A stretch of 62,629 bases of DNA, counting the filler, from Diploschistes diacapsis (Eukaryota), in NCBI GenBank assembly GCA_023645945.1. It is 5 parts of 5 records of this genome, joined end to end, with 100 filler letters (N's around TTAATTAATTAA, not from the genome) between each part and the next. Parts side by side here need not be neighbours in the genome. Positions count along the whole stretch, not along the records: positions 1 to 12,449 come from JALAIB010000739.1; 4 more parts are not named here. One strand, given 5' to 3'. Of this stretch, positions 1 through 11,011 are shown piece by piece. A model generated the notes under the pieces. It had not been told where the DNA came from, ran no database searches, and worked only from the letters and a program-made list of their open reading frames with translations. A program made the position numbers and the translations under genes. Position 1 is the first letter of the stretch, and every line of letters begins with the position of its first letter.

Positions 1-435
1 GGTTGAGAGCTTGGAGGCGGAGCGAGAGATGAGGAGGAGGTTGTAGCCGGCTTTGGCGAGGTGGGTGGTGAATTCGAGGCCGAGGTCGCCGGTTGGGCCG
101 GATATTATGGCCCAGGTTGGCTTGGGGGCGGAGGAGGGAGAGGGGCGGGATTTGAAGGATTGGAGCTGTTGAAGGGGAAGATGCTATTAGCTTGGACGTC
201 GTTGGAATCGGAGAGGGAGGCATGAGGGAGGCATTGGGTGGTTGTAACATACGGATTTGCCAGGCAAGACGAATAAGCTGCACAGAAGGCGAATGAAGCT
301 GAAAGTTTTGCTGGCGATATAGATGCAGCCAACGCTGGTGAAAAAGAGTAGCAGCGACGAGTCAGATATATTGGAAAAGGCGAGCTCGTCGAAGATTGAA
401 TGCAGGCTTTTTGGGAGGATTGTGGGAAGATCCAT
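1..435 (-). CDS. IFA38: Very-long-chain 3-oxoacyl-CoA reductase-like SDR (5' part only; runs off window start)
   Basis: ATG at 435; exon 435-253 encodes hydrophobic N-terminus ending LFVLPGKS; intron 252-166 (GTATGT..CTAAT..CAG); exon 2 reads LQSFK..TWAIISGPTGDLGLEFTTHLAKAGYNLLLISRSASKL, the Rossmann start typical of fungal Ifa38/KAR. Confidence 0.8.
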
Positions 436-778
436 ATTGCATATATCGACCGGAGTACTAGGTCTCACTCTTGAGTCGCACACGTCGCTCGACGGGCGGC
501 GATAGAGACAGTGGTTGCGCCGAATCTGTACAGCGTTAGTGTTTTCAGTCTTCGACTCTCAACGGCTTTCTGGAAACCTGCTTCTGCTGGCAAAGTGTAG
601 AGGCTTTGGGGTTTTTTTCCTTTGGCGCGTACTGCGGGTTGAGGACGACAACTTTGAATTCCAAACTCGACAAGGATGAAGCTTTGAGGTTTCGGCGCTT
701 GGCAGGGTCAAGGATATAGAAGTAGAACAGACGGCATGGTAGCGGCAAAAGTTTGTCGAGAATTTGACTTTTATACAC

Positions 779-806
779 GTACTGTACTGTACTGTACTGT
801 ACGTAC
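779..806. repeat. (GTACT)n microsatellite
   Basis: gtactgtactgtactgtactgtacgtac read directly. Confidence 0.85.
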
Positions 807-2561
807 GGCAGCAGCAGTACTACTGCAACACTGCAACACGCTCGCCCGCAACTCCCTTCCATATTCCCTTTCTTCCTGTCTTATATGTCTGGCGATCTGC
901 ACTCTCCTTTCCTGCCTCTGCCCCCAGCATCAGAGCTTCCCATTGACTGTTCAAAGTGATATGCGCTCAGTCTGGAACAACTCGAAACATCTAGGGAAAG
1001 ACTCATGGCTTCCGTGCATTACCTTCAACACCTTGGACTCTATCATATACTGGATAGCAAACTTAGAATTGGTACAAGGCCAGCAATCGACCCCTTCAAA
1101 GGCTGGGCAAAGGCGATTGTATCGCTCTTCTCTTTTACTTACCCCAGCTGTCTGCTTGAATCGGCGACTCGAGGAATTGGCTCACCTACCTTGGAAGGCT
1201 TGGACATGTATTTGCCAGCCAGTCGATTTGCTACTCTGGCTTCACCGGCCCGAGCTTGCACTGGCCCGCCTTCCAACGCTTCGTTGCCAACCGCCTTTGA
1301 TACTCGGTCTCAGTTGTGGTGAATGCTCAGTGCGCGGACAAAGCTGGAAGCTTCCGACTTCGGAATGCCATACGTAGCATGATGGACCGTTGCTGAAGAG
1401 TCATAGTATGCAAGAGCGATGTCGTTGTCAACATGGTGAATCTGACTTTAGTACATCCTGTTCGATTTCATTGCTCACTCACAGCACTCCGATTGCGAGT
1501 CATATTGCAACCAACTCAGTGTCACCTACTTAAATTCCTTCATATTTCTGTTCTTCCGCCTATTTTATTTGCCATCCTGATGCCATGCTTCTCCAGCAGG
1601 ATGTTTGACATTCTGCCAAGGTGGCTGTATTCTCCCTTTTCTGCCTTCAAGTGATGTTTTTTGCTTGAACACGTGGGCCTTTCACAATCGCAAGACCAAT
1701 GGCCGTCATAAACGATCACGACCGTACCCTTTCCAATCTAGACTAACTTGTCGTCCAGCATCGTCGGGTTCAAGGTAATCCGTTGAATTGGGCTCGAGGT
1801 CACACCCTCGAGTCTCTGGGTGGTCCTCTTAGCTATGCTTACCAGCCATCATTTTTCAATGTCGGCCTCTTGTATGTTATTGTTTTTTCACTGCAATGCT
1901 TGTCAAATCTTCGAGGAGGTGCACTAGTCTGTTATCGTGTTGAGGCAATGTTATCCCCTGTATCGCTGGAGATAAAGTTCGAGAAGCGGTGCAGTTGGTA
2001 GATGCTGCTCCTCCCTTAGCTTTGCTCATTCTACCTGTCGAGCGAGCCCACGATGCTTTCCGTCTTGGCTTACTGTTTCATATCCTCCCTTTCTCTGCCT
2101 GAAGAGTATACTGAATGGCAGCGAGCAGTCAGAGCACAAAACTTCCGTTGAATGGTATCTCTGGTAGATGCCCGGACTAGTGCTGCTCCACTACAGCTCT
2201 CAGGAGAAGGGGCACCCTGCTGGACGTCCATATAGAATTCTAACCGGCAGGCTTTGGAGCTGCATGAGACAAGTCTGGCCCATGGAAGCATGAACAAGCT
2301 TTTCCAGCATTTTCATAAGCCCAAGAAGGCCTCGAAAAGTAAGTTGGTACCAGTATGCATGCACTCGGGGCCCATTTCCCATCACATGCTCTCAGCCCGC
2401 AAGAATGAGAGGCTAATGCTTTAGGTCTAACCAATCTATCAAGCACTCAGGACATTTCCTGATCCTGTGCTGTGTGTTGCCGGAGGTACGCAAGACACGG
2501 TTTGGTGTATACTAGACTACCCAATATGTGTACAACAAATGTTCAGAAGCCCTTACACACA

Positions 2562-2590
2562 CCAACACGCCAACACGCCAACACGCCAAC
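2562..2590. repeat. (CCAACACG)3 tandem repeat
   Basis: ccaacacgccaacacgccaacacgccaac read directly. Confidence 0.85.
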
Positions 2591-2953
2591 CATCACGTCT
2601 ATAGACGTGAAGCTCCCCTGTGACCTTGGGCGGCAAAACACGTACATGGCAAGAAAAGTGATTGAACACTTTAAAAACACGGGCACCATTTCCTACCACT
2701 TGTCTATTTAACCCTTCCACCCCTCGTCCCGTACAGCTTCTCTCTTCACCCTCATCAACAAGATTGTGACAGGAAGTCAAGCCCTTCGATTTTGTCTTGC
2801 AACTGGCTTCAATCGCTCAAACCGTCATAAATTCACACACCATAGCTCTACTACGCTTCCCATCAAGGTACCTCTCATTCAGTTCTGGACCAAACATTAG
2901 GATTCCACTAACGTTGCTCGATTATAAAGTCGGAGGTCCAAAGTTTCTCTCCT

Positions 2954-4852
2954 ATGGAAAATCTCCATCCAAGCAGCCAGACCAAGCAGTCTGGCGGAAA
3001 GGTCAAGGTCAAGAAGGAGCCCGTCTTCTGGAACGGGATCGACGGAACTCAGCTCAGGAACGTTGATCACGAGATACCTGATGAGACTACCCTGGCCCGA
3101 GGCGAAGATGCCTGGACCAAGGAACGTCCGCCCGTTATGTTCGGCATGCTCGACCCTCCGGAGACTATTCGTAAAGTCAAAGGGCAAACAGCTGCGTTAG
3201 TCCTTGACGAAAACCGCCGCAGAGTTGAAGGTTCCGAAGGTCTCACCGTCCGTGACCTGCCAAACCTACCTCGGTATATCAGCAGCGACAGCCAGCCGAT
3301 GGAAATGGAGTTCTTCTTCAGGGCCGATCCCCGATGTGGTTACAACGACATTCGTGCTCGTCAGTGTGAATGGCGAGCTTACAATAATCCTCCTCGACGC
3401 GGTCCCCCGGAGGAGATGAAGGGGAATCCTCTGCGACGTCCCAACAACAGCATCAACAATGCTCGTAGGCGGATGGTGCGTGGTCCTCTAGTCATGCGTG
3501 ACTGGTCTGTCAAGCATGAAGGCCGTGGCTCCAAGATATTCATCACTCTGCTCGATAAGCTTACCCAGTTGCAAATTGACCACAATACAACTTGGGTTGT
3601 CACGCCGGATGGGATCCACCCGCCAACGAATAAGGAGCTCGTGTTTCCCCACTTCGCCTTCCTCTCCAATGGCTTTCCGCATAAGCCTAGTCCAGAAACG
3701 CAAAAGGCATTGATACTACTCGCCAAGATTCGCCGAATGGCCAGAGACAAAGGCCTTGATCACTGGAGCCAGTTGCAGAGGGACGTATTGCCAGCTTCAT
3801 GGTTCAAGAAACGGCCTCGAGATAAGCTCAACGGAGACGAGGATACCAATGACGAGAGCAAAGTGGACATTCCCTTGCCACCAAAGAAAAAGCGAGTCAA
3901 GCGGGAAAGCTCGATCGAGGCCAAGATTGCCAAAGATGTTCGAGCTTATGTCAGCACTCCACCCGTCGATCAGGCGGCTCGCAACGATAGAGGAGCTTCT
4001 CACGCTGGCGAAGATGGAAACGATCCTGACTTTTCCGATGAAGAGATCGGGATCATCAGGGCTTTCAACCTGATCCCACTGCCCCGGTTTGACCAATTAC
4101 TTCGTGTTGCAGCGATGGCGAGGGGAGGATCCGAGGATCGCACCATAGCGATGAACTCTAGTCTTAGTGGATTCATGAGCCCCCATGAATTCAATTTGAT
4201 GTTGGAGATATCTCGTTGGCCCCGTTACAAGTTTGCCTGGCTTGTCGAGAAGAAAGGAGGGAATGCGCACCAAGCCAGCATGTCGAATTACTCTGTCGGA
4301 CAGGCTCACGATGACACGCGGCCGACTACCCAACAAGCTTCTCTCAGGATTGGGAACTATCAGGGCAATCATAGTAATATGCAGCTTCCTTCGTCTACAA
4401 ACCTCTATCAATCGCCACAACAGCAGCATGTCCTACCATCTTCTCATTCCCATCGTAGCTTCGCTAATCATCTGCAACATCATAACCGTTTGCACCAGCA
4501 AACTGATATCAACCAATACAATTTGCAGGGACATAGCAATGCTCACACGGCCCCAGCGCCAGAGCATAGTGCATACAATATGACAGCTAGTTATTCTGGT
4601 CCAAGGACACCTTCTTCCGAAGAGCAGCAGCCTAACTCTACACTACTCGCGACTGGCGACATGCAAGTCGAAACTCCTCGTATCGGTAATAGTCAGATCA
4701 TGGGTAGTCCAGATGTTGTTACTCCAAACACCCCTCTGTACCCTTCTCACAATTCATTCCAAATGTTCGACGCTGCCAACACCTTGATAGATTTCCGCGG
4801 TCACGATGGAGATCTGGATGCTCCACATGAGCTGGACACCGATGCCCAGTAA
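2954..4852 (+). CDS. Uncharacterised 632-aa protein, probable nuclear localisation
   Basis: Long uninterrupted ORF; basic NLS-like PPKKKRVKR; Q/H/N/S-rich low-complexity C-terminus; probable 5'-UTR intron 2868-2929 (GTACCT..CTAAC..AAG). Confidence 0.75.
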   Translation: MENLHPSSQTKQSGGKVKVKKEPVFWNGIDGTQLRNVDHEIPDETTLARGEDAWTKERPPVMFGMLDPPETIRKVKGQTAALVLDENRRRVEGSEGLTVRDLPNLPRYISSDSQPMEMEFFFRADPRCGYNDIRARQCEWRAYNNPPRRGPPEEMKGNPLRRPNNSINNARRRMVRGPLVMRDWSVKHEGRGSKIFITLLDKLTQLQIDHNTTWVVTPDGIHPPTNKELVFPHFAFLSNGFPHKPSPETQKALILLAKIRRMARDKGLDHWSQLQRDVLPASWFKKRPRDKLNGDEDTNDESKVDIPLPPKKKRVKRESSIEAKIAKDVRAYVSTPPVDQAARNDRGASHAGEDGNDPDFSDEEIGIIRAFNLIPLPRFDQLLRVAAMARGGSEDRTIAMNSSLSGFMSPHEFNLMLEISRWPRYKFAWLVEKKGGNAHQASMSNYSVGQAHDDTRPTTQQASLRIGNYQGNHSNMQLPSSTNLYQSPQQQHVLPSSHSHRSFANHLQHHNRLHQQTDINQYNLQGHSNAHTAPAPEHSAYNMTASYSGPRTPSSEEQQPNSTLLATGDMQVETPRIGNSQIMGSPDVVTPNTPLYPSHNSFQMFDAANTLIDFRGHDGDLDAPHELDTDAQ

Positions 4853-5850
4853 GCGGTGATCTCAACGCAATGCTTGGAGCCATACTCTGGTTGTACTGCC
4901 TATCATGGCTCGAGTGCAACACATTCATACTGCCATGAAAAGTACTTATTGTACTTCATTAGAGCCGACTGGCAGTCACCACGTTCACATGTTTTTGTCC
5001 GACTATCCTAATACAAGTCAGCTTGCTGTTTTTCCCCTTCCAACACAGAACTTGTCTCAACGACTCTACAACCGGACTCTGCATGCTCTACTCGATGTGT
5101 CAGCAGCATACGTTTAGTATATCCTTGTGTGACCACAACAGATTCCGTCACCTCTCGAATTTCCAGTTCCTGTCATTCATTGGCTTTCCTGCTCAGTACT
5201 CAAAACCCACGAACGCGCTCACCGCACCAAAAACATAAGAAAAAACACAAAACCTCCCCAAAAAAAAGATGGAAAAAGAAACGCACAAAAAAAAAGATGA
5301 TCGAAAGACAAGCATCGCCACTCGCGAGAGCCAGCGCGATGGGAGAAAAAAAAGTACACCAACAACCGGCAAGGCGTCTTCGATCTACTCTGGCACCGCG
5401 AGCGGATCGCATGCGGATACCTGGCACGCCGTTGTTTGATGAAACAAGGCAGGCTCATTGGCCTGTACGAACTGCACATACACTTTCCATCTCCTACCAG
5501 AGGTGGTGACAGTCACTCCTTACTCCTTCCCCCTCGGTACCCACAGTCTTTCCTGCTCCTTGGTCCTAAACTCAGCCGTTCTTCGGACGGGCAGCCTCTC
5601 GTTCCGCTTTGATGTTTTCAGGGGAACAAGTGGAGATTCGGTTTGGCGGCTTGGTGTTTTTGTTATAGGGATGTTTCGGTTGGGGACTCGGAGGCTCGGG
5701 GTCCTTTTTTTTCATTTGGGGGTTTCGGAGGCTTGGTGGTTTTCTTTTTGCTTTGGTATGATTGGGATTAGCAGGGATGGTGGTTGGTCTGGTGGTTTGG
5801 CGATTCGGTGGTTTGGTGTGCGGTCGGCGGCTTCTTTCTTGTTCTTCTCC

Positions 5851-5870
5851 TTCTTCTTCTTCTTCTTCTT
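5851..5870. repeat. (TTC)n microsatellite in a T/G-rich low-complexity tract
   Basis: ttcttcttcttcttcttctt read directly. Confidence 0.8.
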
Positions 5871-6254
5871 GGTGGCTCCCTTACGGAGTAGCCACTTCTT
5901 TGATTAATCTACTTTGACTATACTTGCAAGGTGCCTCCCGTAGGGTGCGGACATGAGCATCGATATCAAGACGAAAAACCTGGGTGATGGCAAAGCTCAT
6001 GCATTTTCCCCTCTCAACCAAGCCGAGCAAGTAGCTGCACAAGTCCACAACACCATCTACGTCGGGCCCTTCGCCATCACAATCAGCTCGTTCCTCATGG
6101 GTGCTATGTGCGAACATCTCGTGCCCATCCACCTTTCATATCTATGCTCCACATCATACAGGTCGCTCTCCCACCAGTACCGACTCAGCTCCCAGCAGCT
6201 CCCATTCCTCACCGCCTGCATTCCATACCCGCACAATAAATCACAGTCCATCCC

Positions 6255-7522
6255 CTACAGCTTAGCGGTCACAAACTTATTCCCCCTCTGCAGCCACTCC
6301 ACCGCCTCCCCCACCATCTCGTCCACGATCGCCTTCGCGCTCTTCTTCTCGTTCACCACCGCACTCGCCTTGCCCATCAGGAACGGCCGCGCGTTGTCCA
6401 TGGTCTCGTCGTCGAGGTCGTCGCCCATCGTCTCGAAGTCGTGCTCCACGGGGATCGTGCCCTTGGCCGTTAGCTCCTTGATCTCATTCTGCCGGTTCTC
6501 CTCCCAGTTCTGGATGTAGGCGTTGTTGCGCACTCGCAGCGGCCGGCCCGTGAAGATGATGGTGCGCACGTTGTCGTCGAAGCCCGCTGTGCGCACGGCC
6601 TCCTGGTGCGCTTTCGGCGCGCCGGCTTCTTCGGAGAGCACGAAGCGCGTGCCGACCCAGACGGCGGACGCGCCGAGCATGAGCGAGGCGGCGAGGGTTT
6701 GCCCGTTGAAGATGCCGCCCGCCGCGATCACCTGCACCGGGTCCCCGGTCAGTGGGCTCTTTTTGCCACGGACTAGCTCGGCGACGGTGGGGATCAGGAT
6801 CGTCGTGGGCACGTCGCCCGTGTGCCCGCCGCCTTCGCCGCCCTGGGCGCAGATCATATCTGCGCCGACTTCGAGGCACTTGGCTACGTGCTTGGGGTGG
6901 CCGATCATGTTCATGTAGAGCACGCCGTGCTTGTGGAGGCGGTCGACGACGGCTTTGGGAGGCACGCCGACGGCAGAGACGAAGAGCTTAGCGCCGGAGT
7001 CGATGATTATCGTTACGAGCTCGTCAAGCTTGCCTTTTGTGTAGTCGTAGCTGCAGGAGGTTAATGGTTAGCTGGGGGTTTTCAAGGGTGAAAGCGAGAC
7101 TGCATCAGATGCAAATGAAGCTTGTTCACAGAAAGGAAGGCAGTGGCTAGTCCAGAGGCTCGGATGAAATGCACAGCCGAAAAACGTACTTTGTCTTCCT
7201 AGCATTGCCTCCGACTTGAGGAATGAGCAAGTCGACGCCGAACGGAGCATTGGGGTCCTTGAGAAAGCCCTTCAGCTCCGCAATCTGCTCTCGGAGCATG
7301 TCCGGAGTATATCCGACGCCGCCAATGACACCGATACCACCAGCGTTTGTGACGGCTGCTGCGAGCTTGGGGCCGGCGGCAACGTTCATGCCTGCCAGCA
7401 TGACGGGGTGCTTGATCTTGAGTAGATCGGTGGTCGTGGTGCGGATCTTCTCTGTTGGCCATGGTTAGCATGGTTTTTGTAGATGGTAGCATGACGGGAG
7501 AGGACGGACGAGGAGACGCCAT
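6255..7522 (-). CDS. Nitronate monooxygenase / 2-nitropropane dioxygenase family flavoprotein
   Basis: Exons 7522-7510, 7451-7190, 7050-6255 with GT-AG introns; motifs HPVMLAGM, AAAVTNAGGIGVIGG, CAQGGEGGGHTG, VIAAGGI, GASAVWVGTRF; ends AKL (PTS1-like). Confidence 0.93.
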
Positions 7523-8008
7523 TGTGAGGAGTGAGGCTGAAGTCAGATCTGTACGGGGTCGATTGGAGTATTGGAGATGTCAAGACAAATGTAAAAGGGA
7601 AGTACGGAGTAGAATAGAAAGGAAGCTGGTGATGTTGACCTAGTGAAATGGGCCCGCATGTGGAGATGGAATAGTAATGGTTGCTACCACTTGAGCCGAG
7701 GCACTCGGTCATCGCCGGCAAGAGTCTATGATTCCGAGGCTAGAGCGTTAGAGCCACATTCAGATATTAGCGTCCGCGTATCTTCTCCACTTCTGTAGCG
7801 TGTGAAAAGCATCTACACTAACAATTGGGTATCTATCAGGATCGTACCGTGTCGAGGACGGTATACGGGCTAACCGGAGATAAGGAAATCTCCCAGTCTA
7901 CGACATAAAAGAGGGAATTCTTAACTGCAAAACGAAGTCTGTGAATAATGGAGCATGATTTCGCTCAAACCATCCTGATTTTCAGCCTGAGTAGGGTAAT
8001 ATACTGTT

Positions 8009-9851
8009 ATGCTCGCATTGAGTACGTTCTGTGCTCGAAGATCTGGTAATAGAACCCTCCAATGGATAGTTGTATCGGCCCCTCAGCCAGCTCGTTCGAG
8101 GCGGTCTTTCCACCATGATCTTCGCTTGATGTCGTCGGCCTCGGCGAATGATGGACGCTCCAATGCCTACATTGCTCTAGGGAGCAACTTAAAGAATCGA
8201 ATACAAAACATCGAGACTGCCTGCAGTGAATTGGACAAAGCAGGTCTCCGCGTGCTACGGACAAGCCTCCTTTATGAGACTAAGCCAATGTACCTGGAGG
8301 CTCAGGGGAGCTTCATCAATGGTGCTTGCGAAGTGAATACTGCGCTACCTCGCCTGAAAAGGGTGCAGAGACTAATGGGCTTTTTCCATAGGTGGAAGTA
8401 GACAAGGCCATGGCGCCCCTTGATCTCCTGGCCAAAGTCAAAGGCATTGAAGCCAAGATGGGTCGACAGAAAGTTGTGGAGAAAGGTCCTCGCAATATTG
8501 ACCTTGATATCCTTTTGCTGCATGGTGACAGCACATGGGAAAGCGAAGAGCTCTCGATTCCCCACAAGTCGATGCTGGAGCGAGAGTTTGTTCTCCGACC
8601 TCTCTGCGAGTAAGTCTATATTCATCTTTGACACTTCACTATTCCTCGAATCCATCTTACGAAGGTAGTCTGATTCCTGGGTATCGTCATCCACTTTGGC
8701 TCGACAAAACTCTCTCCCAGCACTTGGCTGCCCTTCAACCGTCAGATCCACCGATGTCCAGTCTCACTCCCCTCTCCACTATTAAAGCGGCCACGCCCCT
8801 CCGGCCCCTGGACGCTAGGCGTCGCACTAGGATAATGTCTATCTTAAATCTCACCCCAGACTCGTTCTCCGATGGTGGCTTGCATTCAAAGTGGCAGTCG
8901 AAGAAGTTACCGAACCAATCCGTCGTGGGAAGTTGCGACACACCTTCTGATGATTCGAGAATAGGCATGGATAGTATCGATCCCAGTAATGCGTCCATCG
9001 ACCATGAAGAGCAGAATTCTGGATTCGGTTTCATAGGCCCAACAAAGATTATACACGACCACATCAGCGACGGTGCCGATATTATCGACATAGGCGGTCA
9101 ATCCACAGCACCGCGTGCCATCCAGGTCAGCGATGAGCAGGAGTTGGAGCGTATCCAAGATACGCTTAAAGAAATTGCAAATGCGAGCTTAATGCACACT
9201 ACGGGCGGTGCCACAGATCGCGTTCCAGATCCTGTCCTCCTTAGCGTCGACACCTACCGCGCCTCCGTCACGCAAGCCGCGTTGCAAGTCACCTACTCCA
9301 GCCGTCGCGATGGCAGCGTAGTCGATATTGTTAACGACGTTTCTGGCGGGACGCTCGATCCTGCCATGCTCCGGACCATCGCCAAAGCAGGCTGCACCTA
9401 CATCCTCATGCACACGCGCGGCACTCCCTCCACCATGACGAAGCTAACCTCCTATCCCTTGGGCCTCATTCCTACCATCGCCACTGAGCTCCTCTCTCGA
9501 GTTGCTGCTGCCGAAGCAGCCGGCGTAAGGCGTTGGCGCATCATCCTCGACCCTGGTATCGGCTTCGCGAAAACAGCCGCGCAAAACCTCGAGATTTTGC
9601 GCAAGTTACCCGAGCTACGAGAGTGGCCTGGTCTCAAGGGAATGCCGTGGCTACTGGGCGTGAGCAGAAAGGGTTTCATTGGGAAGATTACTGGGGTGGA
9701 AAGACCGGCTGCAAGGGTAATGGGGACGGCGGCGGCGGTGAGTGCGGCGGTGCAGGGAGGCGCGGACGTTGTCAGGGTTCATGATGTCAGACAGATGGGT
9801 GAGGTTGTGCGGATGGCGGATGCGGTGTGGAGGGGGTGGGAGGGGGAATAG
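8009..9851 (+). CDS. FOL1: Folic acid synthesis protein (HPPK + dihydropteroate synthase)
   Basis: Exons 8009-8332, 8392-8609, 8669-9851; HPPK motifs AYIALGSN, PRNIDLDILL, IPH..ERxFVLRPL; DHPS motifs ILNLTPDSFSDGG, DIGGQST, SVDTYRA, NDVSGG, LMH, DPGIGFAK, SRKGF, VRVHDV; Arg/Ser-rich presequence-like N-terminus. Confidence 0.95.
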
Positions 9852-10809
9852 CGTTGAAGGGGACAGGAATGCAATGAGGAAGGGATCTCAAAGGGAGGAG
9901 GTAGACCCAAAGCGAGAAGGGTTCAGGCTGAGGCACTGCCCTTGATTGACCCTTGTAAGAGTTGCAGGTAAAGGCCGCATACATAGCGTAGTCATGCAGC
10001 TGCTTCTTCTCTTGCATGCTATCTGGTATGCTATCTGGTATGCTATCATGCATACATTAGACAACGATGAAGAACATGTGGTGAGAAAATGCTATTGGAA
10101 GCAAAACCCCAAAACCATGTCCGTCGTGATAGCTATACTTTCCGCCAATTAAGAACTTCGATGTCGTTTTCTCGTCGTTCCGCTGATTTCTAAATCAACT
10201 ATTAGCATACAGCTACCGGCAGGGCCTCGGATACCGGGTAAGGCTCGAAGAAAGCCAATAGTTAATGCTACTGAGAGAACTACGCTAGCAGTTGAACCGC
10301 GCTGGAGACTCAATGTCACTTCGAAATGCAACTCACGTACTTTGCCAATGTCTTGGATATAAAAAATAGCCAATGCATCACTTATCACCTTTCATGAAGC
10401 TCGAGATACTTCTAATCAACTACTTTTGAGATGACTATGAGATAGCAAGAAGGATTTTATTAACCTCTGAGTGCAAAGACGCTATATCATCAACAAGACT
10501 GTCAGGGAACATAATCTCTATTCCTACTGCACAATGTTTTCCGCTCTAAGCCAATGACTTCGAGCTCCCAAGATTATCGAGAAACCTAGGAATCATGTTC
10601 AGGAGCTTTCAACCTTGTGATCTTCCTTGGAAGTGCCAGAATGTCTCCTCCAACTTCTTCCAATCGGTCACCGCGTGATACAGATGAACGTGGAAAGCCC
10701 ACGACCTACCGTTCATTACTGGTCTCCAAACTTTCCTCCAGAGCAGAGCGGGGCAGCGTCTAGATTGTTTCCTATGAAGATGCATGATACTATTATGGAA
10801 TAGCAACGA

Positions 10810-10840
10810 GGCCGGAACCGTGGCCGGAACCGTTCCGGCC
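10810..10840. promoter_or_regulatory. CCG/CGG direct plus inverted repeat upstream of the IDO gene; candidate Zn2Cys6 binding element
   Basis: GGCCGGAACCGT twice, overlapping a near-perfect palindrome GGCCGGAAC-C-GTTCCGGCC, about 170 bp before the ATG. Confidence 0.4.
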
Positions 10841-11011
10841 ATGGCATATGTATAGGCACAACGGGCTCACCCTCTCTTTTCTTGATTATGCCCCTCACAG
10901 ATCTTCATCAACTCGATAGAAACGTTCATCGTCTGGAAAGTCCTTGCCAAAGCAGCTCCAAAGACTGATTTTGAGGCTCGCACGATACACTGTTTGCAGA
11001 AGCAACCCATC

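Noticed and set aside
545..2800. ORFs of 60-213 aa upstream of the 632-aa gene
   Set aside because: Cys/Leu/Ser-rich random-looking translations that run through microsatellites, with no recognisable motif or consistent splice model.
5129..6132. Lys-rich and Phe/Gly-rich ORFs between convergent genes
   Set aside because: Explained by A-rich and T/G-rich low-complexity tracts; no coherent gene model.
6484..7064. Long overlapping and antisense ORFs inside GC-rich genes (also at 11764-12380, 25683-26399, 36687-37598)
   Set aside because: Expected shadows of high-GC3 coding sequence, which depletes stop codons in other frames.
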